Positions 29,469 through 39,274 of a DNA stretch of 64,000 nt are shown here, piece after piece; within the stretch, counting starts at the first letter, position 1, and each line of letters begins with the position of its first letter. A program made the position numbers and the translations under genes. The notes beneath the pieces were generated by a model. The model was not told the origin of the DNA and did not search any database. It worked only from the letters and a program-made list of their open reading frames with translations. This DNA comes from Clostridiales bacterium. GTDB taxonomy: Bacteria; Bacillota; Clostridia; Oscillospirales; Acutalibacteraceae. Location of the stretch: the NCBI GenBank assembly GCA_021199275.1, contig JAJQIJ010000037.1, positions 14,154-78,153 on the forward strand. The letters are read 5' to 3'.

Positions 29469-30482
29469 TTAGCCGAGCTCAGAAAAATATTTAATGGTGC
29501 GGACCATCTGTGAAGTGTAGCTGTTTTCATTGTCATACCAAGAAACAACCTGAACTTCATAAAGCCCGTCTGCAATCGGCAAAACCATAGTCTGCGTAGC
29601 GTCAAACAGCGAGCCAAAGCGCATGCCTACTATGTCTGATGAAACGATTTCATCTGTGTTATAGCCAAAGCTTTCGGTTGCGGCAGCTTTCATTGCGGCG
29701 TTTACAGCGTCAACCGTTACATTGTCGCCCTTAACAACAGCGGTAAGTATTGTTGTTGAGCCTGTGGGTGTGGGAACACGCTGTGCAGAGCCGATAAGCT
29801 TGCCGTTAAGTTCCGGAATAACAAGGCCAATGGCTTTTGCGGCGCCTGTTGAATTTGGAACAATGTTTACTGCCGCTGCGCGCGAACGGCGAAGGTCGCC
29901 CTTGCGCTGCGGGCCGTCAAGAGTCATTTGGTCACCTGTGTAAGCGTGAATTGTGCACATAATGCCGCTTTGAATTTCAGCATAGTCGTTAAGAGCCTTT
30001 GCCATGGGGGCAAGGCAGTTTGTTGTGCATGAAGCGGCTGAAATAACAGTGTCGTCAGCCTTGAGCGTTTCGTGGTTTACGTTGTAAACTATTGTGGGCA
30101 GGTCGTTTCCGGCAGGGGCTGAAATAACAACCTTGCGCGCGCCGGCCTGAATGTGCGCCGAAGCCTTTTCTTTTGAGCAATAAAAGCCTGTGCATTCAAG
30201 AACAACGTCAACCGCAAGCTCTTTCCAGGGCAGGTTCTTTGCGTCAGCTTCCTTGTAGATTTCGATTTCCTTGCCGTCAACCACTATTGAAGATTCTTTA
30301 GCTTCAACAGTGTCTGCAAGGGCATATTTGCCCTGTGACGAATCATATTTAAGCAGGTGGGCAAGCATTTTCGGGCTTGTAAGGTCGTTAATAGCAACAA
30401 CCTCATACCCCTCTGCGCCGAACATCTGGCGAAAAGCAAGACGACCGATACGGCCGAAACCGTTAATAGCAACTCTAACCAT
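29469..30482 (-). CDS. gap: Glyceraldehyde-3-phosphate dehydrogenase
   Basis: [34 protein letters not shown]; RBS GGAGGT. Confidence 0.98.
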   Translation of the reverse strand: MVRVAINGFGRIGRLAFRQMFGAEGYEVVAINDLTSPKMLAHLLKYDSSQGKYALADTVEAKESSIVVDGKEIEIYKEADAKNLPWKELAVDVVLECTGFYCSKEKASAHIQAGARKVVISAPAGNDLPTIVYNVNHETLKADDTVISAASCTTNCLAPMAKALNDYAEIQSGIMCTIHAYTGDQMTLDGPQRKGDLRRSRAAAVNIVPNSTGAAKAIGLVIPELNGKLIGSAQRVPTPTGSTTILTAVVKGDNVTVDAVNAAMKAAATESFGYNTDEIVSSDIVGMRFGSLFDATQTMVLPIADGLYEVQVVSWYDNENSYTSQMVRTIKYFSELG

Positions 30483-30544
30483 TTCAATTACCTCCAATAA
30501 AATTCTGAAATCTTTTTTGCGGCTGTGTTAGCCGCCGGCAGCGC

Positions 30545-30640
30545 CCGGCATTGAAATTTTCCGGGGCACAGCCCGCCCGGGTGAGTATTTGGCTTGCACC
30601 AAGGCGAAGCAGACACCCGCCGCCTGAAGTGGCAGGACGT
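30545..30640 (-). repeat. Diverged repeat Y, inverted relative to X
   Basis: Minus strand GTCCTGCCACTTCAGGCGGCGGGTG... resembles both X and the CCGCCTCTACAGGCGGCGGGG hairpin of the 138-bp family. Confidence 0.55.
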
Positions 30641-30756
30641 CTTTCACATGTTATTTTATACCTAAACACCCGGAATATCAAGAATTTTTTTCCATTAAAA
30701 AAACTTTAGTTAAATTTTAACAAAAAGATATATAAAAGCTATATTTATTTTATGAG

Positions 30757-32088
30757 TTAAGCTGATGTGCCAGGCGTGTCAGCATTTTCTTTTTTCTTTT
30801 GCATTACATAAAGCACGGCAGACGGAATAACAGCGAAAAACGCCACCGCCGCAGAAGCTAAAAATATTGCCGACGTGGGAATGTGCTTTACTGTGCCGAG
30901 CTCTTCATAAGTGGCATTGTTGTTTGAAATTACCGCCGCGCCTATATACGGGCCTATAACCATTGGCAGCAGCACCTGAAAAACCATTCTTATGCCCTGG
31001 AAAAGGCCAACTTTGTCTTTAGGCGTGTAATCTCTGATAGTGGCGGAAAGAGCTGCCGATGTAACAAGATAAGCCCCCATCATAATAACGCCCGCAGTAA
31101 TAAGCAGCGCAAGGTTGTTTCCGGTTGCAAAATACATAAACACAAAACCGCCGATAAGAATTATAATTGACGGAATCATAAATTTCACTTTGCCAAACTT
31201 GTCTATAGCCCTGCCGCACACAACCGAAATTGCCGCCGCAAGAATTAAAATAACCCCCAGCGGCACGGCATAATCTGTTATGCCGAGACTCAGCTCAAGA
31301 TAAATAATTATATATGGCATAAACACCTGGTATGCTATGTTAAGAATGCAAAATGCGGCAAAAGTTATGTAAAGTTCTTTATTTGCGCGCACTGTTGATG
31401 GGCGAAAACCATAAAATATGTTTTTGAAATAGCTGTCGTTATTGGCTTCTATTTTCGGCTTGTCTTTAAGTAAAAAGAAGCCCAAAATGCCGCCTGCCGT
31501 GGTGGCTGCGCCGACTATTATAAAAAATGTCTGCCAGTCGCCGCGCTGTTTAAAAGAGTCAAGCACGCCGAACACAATTATAATTGCAAGCAGCGGCATG
31601 GCCTGCATAAGAGCTTCCGCACGGCCACGGTTTTTTTCATCTGTCACGTCTGTAACCCAGCTGTTAAACGCCGCGTCAGACGCCGTTGAGCCGAAGAAAG
31701 TCATAACGCAGTCCATTATTATAACCAGCGCCGCAGCGGTGGAAACCGCGTTGGCGGTGTGAAACAGCTTTTCTGTGTTTTCAACAGTTATAAAGCCGAA
31801 CGAAGCAGTTATAATGCCCCAAATTATGTAACCGAATGTTATGAACACCTTGCGCCGGCGCAGCTTGTCTGAAAGCACGCCGATAAACAGCGTGGTTACC
31901 GCCGCCGTAATGGCAGACGCCGCCACCATTGCCGCAATGTCATTTGCCGTGCCGCCTATTTCATTGAATAAATAGACGTTGAAATACATATTTTCAACAA
32001 CCCATGCCAGCTGCCCTATCAGCCCGAAAATGACAATAGAGCCCCAAACCCTTGCGCCCAAAGCAGCGTTTTCTTTGACTTTTTTCAT
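30757..32088 (-). CDS. MFS transporter
   Basis: About 12 hydrophobic segments; GVLSDKLRRRK and GRAIDKFGK loop motifs. Confidence 0.92.
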   Translation of the reverse strand: MKKVKENAALGARVWGSIVIFGLIGQLAWVVENMYFNVYLFNEIGGTANDIAAMVAASAITAAVTTLFIGVLSDKLRRRKVFITFGYIIWGIITASFGFITVENTEKLFHTANAVSTAAALVIIMDCVMTFFGSTASDAAFNSWVTDVTDEKNRGRAEALMQAMPLLAIIIVFGVLDSFKQRGDWQTFFIIVGAATTAGGILGFFLLKDKPKIEANNDSYFKNIFYGFRPSTVRANKELYITFAAFCILNIAYQVFMPYIIIYLELSLGITDYAVPLGVILILAAAISVVCGRAIDKFGKVKFMIPSIIILIGGFVFMYFATGNNLALLITAGVIMMGAYLVTSAALSATIRDYTPKDKVGLFQGIRMVFQVLLPMVIGPYIGAAVISNNNATYEELGTVKHIPTSAIFLASAAVAFFAVIPSAVLYVMQKKKENADTPGTSA

Positions 32089-32200
32089 AAAATCCCTTCT
32101 TTAATTTTATTCGGGGTGTGCTTACATTTATTATGAACAAAAACAGGCGTTTTGTCAAGAAATCAAGGTGCAAACCGCCCGGCAGATGTTGCGCACAGGC

Positions 32201-32478
32201 TTAAGCAATCGGGAGACGAACAGAACAGCCTAAAGCTATAATTTTAGCACCTTGCGCCATTTTTTGCCTTAATATACGCCAGTATATCTGCGGCAAAGAA
32301 ATGACGCCATGCACAAAAAATTATTGCTTTAGGTGCGCTACAGTTTATCTTTGGAAATTTTTTTCAAAGACAAGGCACAAAAACGCAGGAATACTTTCGT
32401 ATTCCGAGTATTTTTAACGCAGTATTTGGGAAAAATTGCCAAGATAAACCCTGTCCTGTTCGGCGCCCGATTGCTTAA
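32201..32478. mobile_element. MITE with long imperfect inverted arms, interrupted by a nested element
   Basis: Left TTAAGCAATCGGGAGACGAACAGAACAG vs right-end reverse complement TTAAGCAATCGGGCGCCGAACAGGACAG. Arm homology resumes at 32343 after the insert; TTAA at both ends; no ORF. Confidence 0.85.
32229..32333. mobile_element. Nested ~105-bp MITE-like element
   Basis: Own inverted ends CCTAAAGCTATAATTTT / AAAATTATTGCTTTAGG and a central hairpin. Confidence 0.7.
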
Positions 32479-32492
32479 AACAAAACGGCTTG

Positions 32493-32521
32493 TTGACAAA
32501 GGAAGTGTAAAGTATTAAAAT
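32493..32521 (+). promoter_or_regulatory. sigmaA promoter for the ilvA-ridA operon
   Basis: TTGACA-17nt-TAAAAT. Confidence 0.7.
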
Positions 32522-32606
32522 ATTTAAGCTAACCCAAGTTCGGCGCATTTAAAAGCCGCCTGCGGTCAGCTTAAATTTAGTAATTTAAAAATGAGAGGGT
32601 GATTTT

Positions 32607-33806
32607 TTGCTGACTCTTGACAGGGTTTATAAAGCTTCACGCGTGCTGGGCGAGGTAATCCGTGAAACAGACATGATTTACGCCCCGAACATAGGCCGCG
32701 GCGCCAACATATATCTTAAAACAGAAAATTTACAGGTAACCGGGTCTTTCAAAATAAGGGGCTCTTATTTTAAAATCAGCAATCTTACAGACGAAGAAAA
32801 AAAGCGCGGCGTAATAGCCTGTTCCGCCGGCAACCATGCGCAGGGCGTGGCGCTGGCTTCAACAAAAAACGGCATTAAAAGCTATATCTGCCTGCCAAAG
32901 GGCGCGCCCATTTCAAAGGTGGAAGCCACAAAGCGATACGGCGCAGAGGTAATTATGGTTGACGGTGTTTATGACGACGCATACCAAAAAGCGCTTGAGC
33001 TCAAAGAAAAATACGGCTATTCATTCATTCACCCGTTTGACGATGTTGACGTTATAGCGGGCCAGGCCACAATCGGGCTTGAAATTGCCGAGCAGCTGCC
33101 TAATTTAGACGCGGTTGTTGTGCCGGTGGGCGGCGGCGGGCTTATTGCCGGGGTTGCATTTGCAATAAAGCAAATTAACCCTGACTGCAAGGTTTACGGC
33201 GTGCAGGCAGCCGGCGCAGCCAGCATGGAACAGTCTGTTTTAGGCGGAAAAATACTTACCCTGCCGAAGGTGCAAACCATTGCAGACGGCATCGCGGTTA
33301 AAACCCCGGGTGAGTTGACATATGATTTGGTAAGCAAATATGTTGACAAAATAGTCACCGTTTCAGACGATGAAACAGCACTTGCAATTTTAACCCTGCT
33401 TGAACAGCAGAAGCTCATTGCCGAAGGCGCCGGCGCAGTGCCTGTGGCGGCGGTGCTGGCAGGCAAAATTCCGGACATTGCGGGCAAAAACATTTGCTGC
33501 ATTGTGTCCGGCGGGAATATTGACGTAACAATTTTGTCAAGAGTAATTGCGCGCGGGCTTAAAATGGGCGGCAGAACTGCAAATATTACCATTGCCCTGT
33601 CTGACAAACCGGGGCAGCTTTCAGACGTTTCGGGCATAATTGCGAAAACCGGCGCTAACGTAACCAGCGTCAGCTATGACAGCACAGACCTTGACATGAA
33701 CATAACAGACTGCTTTTTGAAAATCAGCGTTGAAACAAGAGATTTTGCGCATATTGTGGCAATCAAAAAGGCTCTGCGGGACGCCGGCTTTGAAGTTTGC
33801 GGCTGA
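32607..33806 (+). CDS. ilvA: Threonine ammonia-lyase with C-terminal ACT domain
   Basis: ENLQVTGSFKIRG, SAGNHAQG, VGGGGL, EGAGA, SGGNID. Confidence 0.93.
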   Translation: MLTLDRVYKASRVLGEVIRETDMIYAPNIGRGANIYLKTENLQVTGSFKIRGSYFKISNLTDEEKKRGVIACSAGNHAQGVALASTKNGIKSYICLPKGAPISKVEATKRYGAEVIMVDGVYDDAYQKALELKEKYGYSFIHPFDDVDVIAGQATIGLEIAEQLPNLDAVVVPVGGGGLIAGVAFAIKQINPDCKVYGVQAAGAASMEQSVLGGKILTLPKVQTIADGIAVKTPGELTYDLVSKYVDKIVTVSDDETALAILTLLEQQKLIAEGAGAVPVAAVLAGKIPDIAGKNICCIVSGGNIDVTILSRVIARGLKMGGRTANITIALSDKPGQLSDVSGIIAKTGANVTSVSYDSTDLDMNITDCFLKISVETRDFAHIVAIKKALRDAGFEVCG

Positions 33807-33844
33807 TTGTAATAGCCGCTGATTAAAAATAAGGAGGAATAATT

Positions 33845-34216
33845 ATGGAATTCATTTCAACAAAAAATGCGCCCGGCGCTATAGGCCCCTATAGCCAGGC
33901 GGTAAAAATTAACGGCTTGCTTTTTACCAGCGGGCAAATTGCCCTTGACCCCGAAACGGGCTGCGTGTCAGGCTCTAATGTTGGGGAACAGGCAGACAGG
34001 GTGTGCAAAAATTTAGCCGCCCTTTGCGAAGCAGCCGGCACAAGCCTTGACAATGTAATTAAAACAACCTGCTTTCTTGCAGACATGGCAGATTTCGCCG
34101 CTTTTAACGAAGTTTACGGCAAATACTTTACGTCAAAGCCCGCAAGAAGCTGTGTTGCAGTAAAGGAACTGCCCAAGGCCGTGCTGTGCGAAGTTGAAAT
34201 TATTGCGAAACTGTAA
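33845..34216 (+). CDS. ridA: RidA-family enamine/imine deaminase
   Basis: APGAIGPYSQA, SGQIA, PARSCV. Position next to a threonine dehydratase fits the known RidA role in removing enamine intermediates. Confidence 0.92.
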   Translation: MEFISTKNAPGAIGPYSQAVKINGLLFTSGQIALDPETGCVSGSNVGEQADRVCKNLAALCEAAGTSLDNVIKTTCFLADMADFAAFNEVYGKYFTSKPARSCVAVKELPKAVLCEVEIIAKL

Positions 34217-34347
34217 GGTAAAAATGGCAGGTGCTGAAATTACCGCTTTGGGCTGTTCTGTGGTTAAAACGAATATTTTGCTGAAAAACCGCCGCGCATT
34301 GCGCAGCGGTTTTTGTTTTAAAGATTATTACACTGCTTTGCGTTAAA

Positions 34348-34581
34348 TCAGCAGCACAATGCCCACCCCGGCAAATAGGCGCCTGCTTTTTCAAAAAAAT
34401 ATTTTATGTCGTCATATTCAACAGTGCAGTCAAGAATGGTAAAAGAGCTTTCATCTTGCGCAAAAAGAACTGCGTCTTCGTCAAAGCCCATGCGCTTTGT
34501 GTTGTAATATGCAGTGCCCACGCCGAACACAACTATGCAAAGCGACAAAAGCACGCTGAGCAATGCCGTAAATTTTTTCAT
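34348..34581 (-). CDS. Small hypothetical membrane protein downstream of spoIIP
   Basis: 77-aa ORF with N-terminal hydrophobic helix; AAAGGA RBS. Confidence 0.6.
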   Translation of the reverse strand: MKKFTALLSVLLSLCIVVFGVGTAYYNTKRMGFDEDAVLFAQDESSFTILDCTVEYDDIKYFFEKAGAYLPGWALCC

Positions 34582-34627
34582 TTTACCGGTCCTTTCGCGT
34601 TTGGCTGAAGCCGGCCTTTGCGCCGTT

Positions 34628-35824
34628 TCAGCTGTTTTTTGTATATTCCTCTTTTATTAGCTGGGCAAGCTGGTAAGCAAAAAGCCTGGCCGAATAGCAC
34701 GCCTCTTCCAAAGTGTTGGCGCTGGTGCCTATTTCCAGCAGAAACGAATTTTTAGTCAAATCCATATTATATTTGCGCTGTGAAAACAGCACGGGGCGCA
34801 TAAGATTTTCATAGGCGCTGTTTATTTTTTCGTTGACTGCAAGTGAAAACCTAAGGTTATATTCCCAATTTGGAAAATTGGTTACGCTGCCGTATTCGCA
34901 GCCGGAAATAATCATCATTCTGGCAGCTTTTTTGCCGTTTATCGTAACTGTGGGCTTTACCTTCGTCAGGTCGCTGTATGTAATGTCGTCTCTGTGCACG
35001 TCAATGGTGATTTCAATGGTTGGGTATTTTTCAAGATATGCAATAACAGACTTTCTTGATGAAGAATAAGCTTCATTATAGCTGCTGTCATGTATTTCGG
35101 TGTCGTGCACAACTCCTATGCCGCAGCTTTCAAGTATTTCGCATATTTCGTCCCCGACCCGAACCATGTTGCGGGCGGTGTCTTTTGTTTTCAGGTCGGT
35201 GGACTCTGTATAATAGCCAACGTCAAGAAGCGTGTAACATTCCGTAGTATGGCTGTGGTAAATTAAAACCGTGGGAAGCGACTCGTCTTCAATTTCCAAA
35301 TCTGCCTGTTGTTCAAGCAGGCTTTCAATGTCAAGGCTGTAAAATGAAGTCGGAATTTTATTTTGCACCTGTGTGTTGCTGTAAGACACTATTGTGCCGC
35401 CGCCCGTGTAATTTTCTTCGCTGGTGCTTCCCTTTATTGTTTCAGATTCAATGGTTTCCTGCGCTTTTTCCATAAGTTCAAGAATGTCTGACGGGGTTGC
35501 GGTAAGGTCGCTATCGTCAAAGCTGTCCTTTGAAGTGATAGAATTCATGGCGCTTTCTGCGTTTTCAGAACTTTCGTTGCCGCTTTCACCGCCGGCTGAA
35601 GCTTCCTGCGTGGCAGTGTTAGTGTCTGCCAAATCACCTGTGATAACCAAGGAAATTTTTGACGACGCGGTTTTGATAGCCGAATACGGCTGCCACGAGC
35701 CCGTTATTTTGCCCTCAAGCGCCGTAAGTGCGTCACATGCATATGGCGCCACGCAGACAGCCGCGGCGCAGGCGCACACCAGCAGCATAATATTTATTGC
35801 AAAAAATTTTATTTCACGCTTCAT
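34628..35824 (-). CDS. spoIIP: Stage II sporulation protein P
   Basis: LIYHSHTTECY, IDVHRD, RKYNMDL, LLEIG, directly downstream of gpr. Confidence 0.9.
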   Translation of the reverse strand: MKREIKFFAINIMLLVCACAAAVCVAPYACDALTALEGKITGSWQPYSAIKTASSKISLVITGDLADTNTATQEASAGGESGNESSENAESAMNSITSKDSFDDSDLTATPSDILELMEKAQETIESETIKGSTSEENYTGGGTIVSYSNTQVQNKIPTSFYSLDIESLLEQQADLEIEDESLPTVLIYHSHTTECYTLLDVGYYTESTDLKTKDTARNMVRVGDEICEILESCGIGVVHDTEIHDSSYNEAYSSSRKSVIAYLEKYPTIEITIDVHRDDITYSDLTKVKPTVTINGKKAARMMIISGCEYGSVTNFPNWEYNLRFSLAVNEKINSAYENLMRPVLFSQRKYNMDLTKNSFLLEIGTSANTLEEACYSARLFAYQLAQLIKEEYTKNS

Positions 35825-35907
35825 ATGTCAACCCGAACGCAGTTTTTTTGTTTGATTTGCACCGCCGCCCCGAAAACACCCCGCGCGGCAGGGCTGTCTA
35901 TATTAAG

Positions 35908-36047
35908 TTCAATAAGGGCTTGCCCGTTATTCAACGTGGCAAGCGACAGCAATGCTGCCGCTCCCAGCGGGAGCTTGCATTCACCGCTGATTAAAAATCG
36001 GACAGAGCCGCCTGTAGAGGCGTGGACATTTCTTGCTTAAGTTATAT
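35908..36047 (-). repeat. Full copy (B) of the ~138-bp palindromic repeat
   Basis: Plus strand TTCAATAAGGGCTTGCCCGTTATTCAACG...CACCGCTGATTAAAAATCGG...GCCGCCTGTAGAGGCG...TAAGTTATA, collinear with C, D and E. Confidence 0.92.
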
Positions 36048-36125
36048 TCGCCTTGCTTAGAAAATATGCCCGGTGCGGTTTTTGCAATTTAAGGCAGGTT
36101 TCAGCTTTGACACGGCATTTGAAAA

Positions 36126-36944
36126 TCAGACTGCAAGCGCATAAAGCTCTGCCGCCGAAAGCGAGTCCTGCAAACACACATTTACCGCCATGCCCAGCAG
36201 CTTTGCGCCCTGCTGGGTCAATCTGTCTATTTCACGCGGCGTTACAAACATGTCTTCGCTGCCGTTTACAACGCTGCCGGCCGAAATCACGGTGGGAATT
36301 CCCATGGCAATAACCGGAATGCCAAGGGTTTTCTTTGAAATTTCAAACCTGTGGTTTCCCACGCCGGAGCCCGGCGAAATGCCCGCGTCTGAAAGCTGCA
36401 CGGTTGTGCCGAGCCTTTCAGGCGAGCCTGAAGCAAGGGCGTCTATTACAATAAGGCATGCGGGTTTTATTATGTCTGCCACGCCCTTTATTATTTCAGC
36501 GCTTTCAACGCCCGTGTTGCCAAGCACGCCTGTTTGAATTGCAGACACGGTTTTCAAATTTTCAAAGCCCATTTGCTTTCTTAGCTGCGCCGAAATATGC
36601 CTTGTTGCAAAAACATATGAGCTTGCTTTCGGCCCCAGCGAATCTGCGGTTATGGCGCTGTTGCCCAGCCCCGCCACAAGCACATTGCCGCAATTTTCAG
36701 GCAATACTGACTTTAAAACCGCAGCCACCATGTTGAGCCGGCTGCCCAAAATGTCTGCGTCGTTTGCAAAAGAGCCGACGTCAACGGTGATATACCGCCC
36801 GCACGGCTTGCCGATTTTTTTCTCTCCGTTTTTATTGAGCACCAGCACTGTGGTAATATTGTCTTTCACCTGAACCTTTACGCCGTTTATTTCGGTTTTG
36901 TCTTTTTCTTCAAAGCATTCAACTGCCAAATCTGTTCTTTTTAT
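36126..36944 (-). CDS. gpr: Germination protease GPR (start uncertain; possible ATA start)
   Basis: RTDLAVE, GLGN...TADSLGP, VIDALA, GISPGSGVGN, VIAMGIPTV, VTPREID. Confidence 0.9.
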   Translation of the reverse strand: MKRTDLAVECFEEKDKTEINGVKVQVKDNITTVLVLNKNGEKKIGKPCGRYITVDVGSFANDADILGSRLNMVAAVLKSVLPENCGNVLVAGLGNSAITADSLGPKASSYVFATRHISAQLRKQMGFENLKTVSAIQTGVLGNTGVESAEIIKGVADIIKPACLIVIDALASGSPERLGTTVQLSDAGISPGSGVGNHRFEISKKTLGIPVIAMGIPTVISAGSVVNGSEDMFVTPREIDRLTQQGAKLLGMAVNVCLQDSLSAAELYALAV

Positions 36945-37154
36945 AAAACCACCCCATGTCGCCACGCCGGCTTTTTTAGTTACAATTTTGAATGCGAAGC
37001 CCGCCTGAATTTGCATTGCGGGTGCAAATATCGCCGCCGCTGCGGTGTCTCTGCTTAAAAGTATGTCCAAAAAATAAAAAAACTCTTGCAATTTATTTTT
37101 ATGTATGATAATATACATAGGCATTGAAATAATTTCAACCAAGGGAGTGATAAA

Positions 37155-37412
37155 ATGCCTCAGATAAAATCAGCTAAAAAACGAGTTAAGGTTGAAGCTA
37201 AAAAAGCCGCTAACAATAAAGCTGCTAACACTGCGCTTAAAACAGCTATAAAGAAAGCTAACACGGCCATTGCCGAAAATGCGCCTGACAAAGAGGAAGC
37301 TGTAAAGCTTGCGGTTAAAAAGATTGACAAGGCCGCTTCAAGCAATCTCATTCACAAAAACAACGCGGCAAGAAAAAAGAGCAACCTTGTGTCAAAGCTC
37401 AACAAGTCATAA
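37155..37412 (+). CDS. rpsT: 30S ribosomal protein S20
   Basis: MPQIKSAKKRV...IHKNNAARKKS; divergent from gpr as usual in Firmicutes. Confidence 0.96.
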   Translation: MPQIKSAKKRVKVEAKKAANNKAANTALKTAIKKANTAIAENAPDKEEAVKLAVKKIDKAASSNLIHKNNAARKKSNLVSKLNKS

Positions 37413-37439
37413 CTTGAATTCACCTTAAACAATATGCAC

Positions 37440-37464
37440 GCTCTGCCGATTCAGGCAGGGCTTT
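37440..37464 (+). terminator. rpsT terminator
   Basis: GCTCTGCC-GATTCA-GGCAGGGC-TTT. Confidence 0.65.
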
Positions 37465-37660
37465 ATTGTTTTGAAATTCAATAGCGTTTAAAAAGACGCC
37501 GCGCCGTGTAAAGCGCATGGCTCACCTTTTTTCTTGGGCGGGGCATAATTTCGGCTTTTCGCTTCGCCTCTCTGGCAGCAGTGCCGCGGTCTTTCTAAGC
37601 GGGCGCTTCAGGCCCTTGAGCCTAAATTATTAACGAAAACAAAACAAATTTTCGTTGTTC

Positions 37661-37689
37661 TTGACTTTAATCTGCAACGTGGTTATAAT
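37661..37689 (+). promoter_or_regulatory. sigmaA promoter
   Basis: TTGACT-17nt-TATAAT upstream of ORF 37732. Confidence 0.75.
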
Positions 37690-37731
37690 ATAAGCTATAA
37701 GAAAGCAAAACGATTTGTTTAAGGGGGAATT

Positions 37732-38013
37732 TTGGTGAAACTCAATAAAATATTAAAAATCATAGGCGCAATAGTTGCCGTTGCGGGTCTTGCCGCCGCA
37801 GTTTATTTTGCCGTTAAAAAACTGACTGCGAAAAAGCCGGTTGACTATTTTGACGACAATGATTTCTTTGAATGCGACAATGAGCTTGAAGTTGTAGAAG
37901 CTGAAAACGCCGCCGCGGCAGACGAAGCGCCGGCAGAGCAGCCGAAAGCTGCGCCCAAAGCAAAAAAGGCGCCTGCTAAAAAGGCAAAGACCGAAGAAGC
38001 CAAAGCCGAATAA
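37732..38013 (+). CDS. Small membrane-anchored hypothetical protein with acidic middle and Lys/Ala-rich tail
   Basis: TM helix, DYFDDNDFFECD, KAAPKAKKAPAKKAK; own promoter and AAGGGGG RBS. Confidence 0.75.
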   Translation: MVKLNKILKIIGAIVAVAGLAAAVYFAVKKLTAKKPVDYFDDNDFFECDNELEVVEAENAAAADEAPAEQPKAAPKAKKAPAKKAKTEEAKAE

Positions 38014-38109
38014 AATCAATTCGGCAGTTTTGGGTATGAATTGTCAATATTTTTGCCAATAATAAAGAGAGTCGCAGTGCTCTCTTTATTTTCACGTAAG
38101 CAATTTTCA

Positions 38110-38246
38110 AATAACTTAGGGGGAATGCCCCCGCGTCTACAGGCGGCTGTGCCCGACTTTTAATCAGCGGCAATACAGTTTCCCGCCGTGGGGGCGGCAG
38201 CGCCCTGCCGCTTGCCAAGTTTAATGACCGGCAAGCCATTATTGAA
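38110..38246 (+). repeat. Full copy (C) of the ~138-bp palindromic repeat
   Basis: ATAACTTAGGGGGAATGCCCCCGCGTCTACAGGCGGC...TTTTAATCAGCGG...GGCAAGCCATTATTGAA. Confidence 0.88.
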
Positions 38247-38326
38247 TTTGCTGCATTAACCGCCGCGCATTTAATTCGGCGGGTGCCCGCCCCGGGCCGG
38301 TGGGTTTTATTGAAAGGTGATGTACA

Positions 38327-39178
38327 ATGTCAAAATGTGCGCTTGTGCTTGAGGGCGGCGGAAACAGGGGTATTTTTACAAGCGGTGTGCTTGACGCGTT
38401 TATGGAAGCCGGCGTTACATTTCCATATGTCATCGGGCAGTCATACGGCTCGTGCAACGGCGCGTCATTTATTGCCGGGAATTTCAGGCGCCAGCACGAC
38501 ATGATAATAAAATACACAAACGACAAGCGCTATATGAGCGTAAACAGCTTGGTTAAAAACGGGCAATATTTAAACCTTGACTGGGACTTCGGAGAGCTGT
38601 CATATGAACTTATGCCTTTAAATTATGACAATTATGAAAATTCGGGCAGCGAGCTGTGCGTAGTTACATCAAACGCGCAAACGGCTAAAGCTCAATACTT
38701 TTACCCAAAGTCGCTGCGTGAATGGGGCTGCCTGCCGCTTAAAGCAAGCTGCGCCATGCCGCTTGCCACAAACGGGGTTTCAATAGACGGCACAATGTAT
38801 TTTGACGGCGGAATAACAGATTCAATTCCGCTGAAAAAAGCTTTTGACGACGGCTGCGACAGGGCTGTGGTAATTTTGACTCAAGACCGTGATTTTATAA
38901 AGCAGCCCATAAAGGGAAAGCGCCTGATAAAGCGTTCGCTTAAAAATTACCCGCTCCTGGCAGACGCGCTTATAAACAGGCACATTATGTATAACGAACA
39001 GCGTGAATTTGCAAGGGCGCAGGAAAAGGCCGGCAGGGCGCTGCTGATTTACCCAAAGCGCCCGCTTGAATGCAGCTCAATAGAAAAAAACACAAATAAG
39101 CTTGAAGTGATTTACAAGCTTGGCTATATGCAAGGGCAGCAAAGCGTGCAAAGCGTGCTTGAATTTGCCGGCGCATAA
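38327..39178 (+). CDS. Patatin-like phospholipase
   Basis: EGGGNRG, GQSYG nucleophile elbow, DGG motif. Confidence 0.92.
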   Translation: MSKCALVLEGGGNRGIFTSGVLDAFMEAGVTFPYVIGQSYGSCNGASFIAGNFRRQHDMIIKYTNDKRYMSVNSLVKNGQYLNLDWDFGELSYELMPLNYDNYENSGSELCVVTSNAQTAKAQYFYPKSLREWGCLPLKASCAMPLATNGVSIDGTMYFDGGITDSIPLKKAFDDGCDRAVVILTQDRDFIKQPIKGKRLIKRSLKNYPLLADALINRHIMYNEQREFARAQEKAGRALLIYPKRPLECSSIEKNTNKLEVIYKLGYMQGQQSVQSVLEFAGA

Positions 39179-39234
39179 TTTAAGGCAAAAACAGCCGAAA
39201 GCCGCACACAAAAACCAAAAAGCATTAAAAATAA

Positions 39235-39267
39235 AAAGCCGCCGCGCAATTTTTGCGCGGCGGCTTT
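39235..39267. terminator. Bidirectional terminator between convergent genes
   Basis: AAAGCCGCCGCGC-AATTTTT-GCGCGGCGGCTTT. Confidence 0.8.
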
Positions 39268-39274
39268 GCCTGTT

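Noticed and set aside
36945-37142. N-terminal 65-aa extension of gpr given by the ORF track
   Set aside because: It runs antisense through the rpsT promoter/RBS region and does not resemble GPR.
37540-37616. GC-rich stretch after rpsT as another X/Y-type repeat
   Set aside because: Only scattered short words (GCTTCGCC, GCGGGC, GCCCTT) match; not alignable with confidence.
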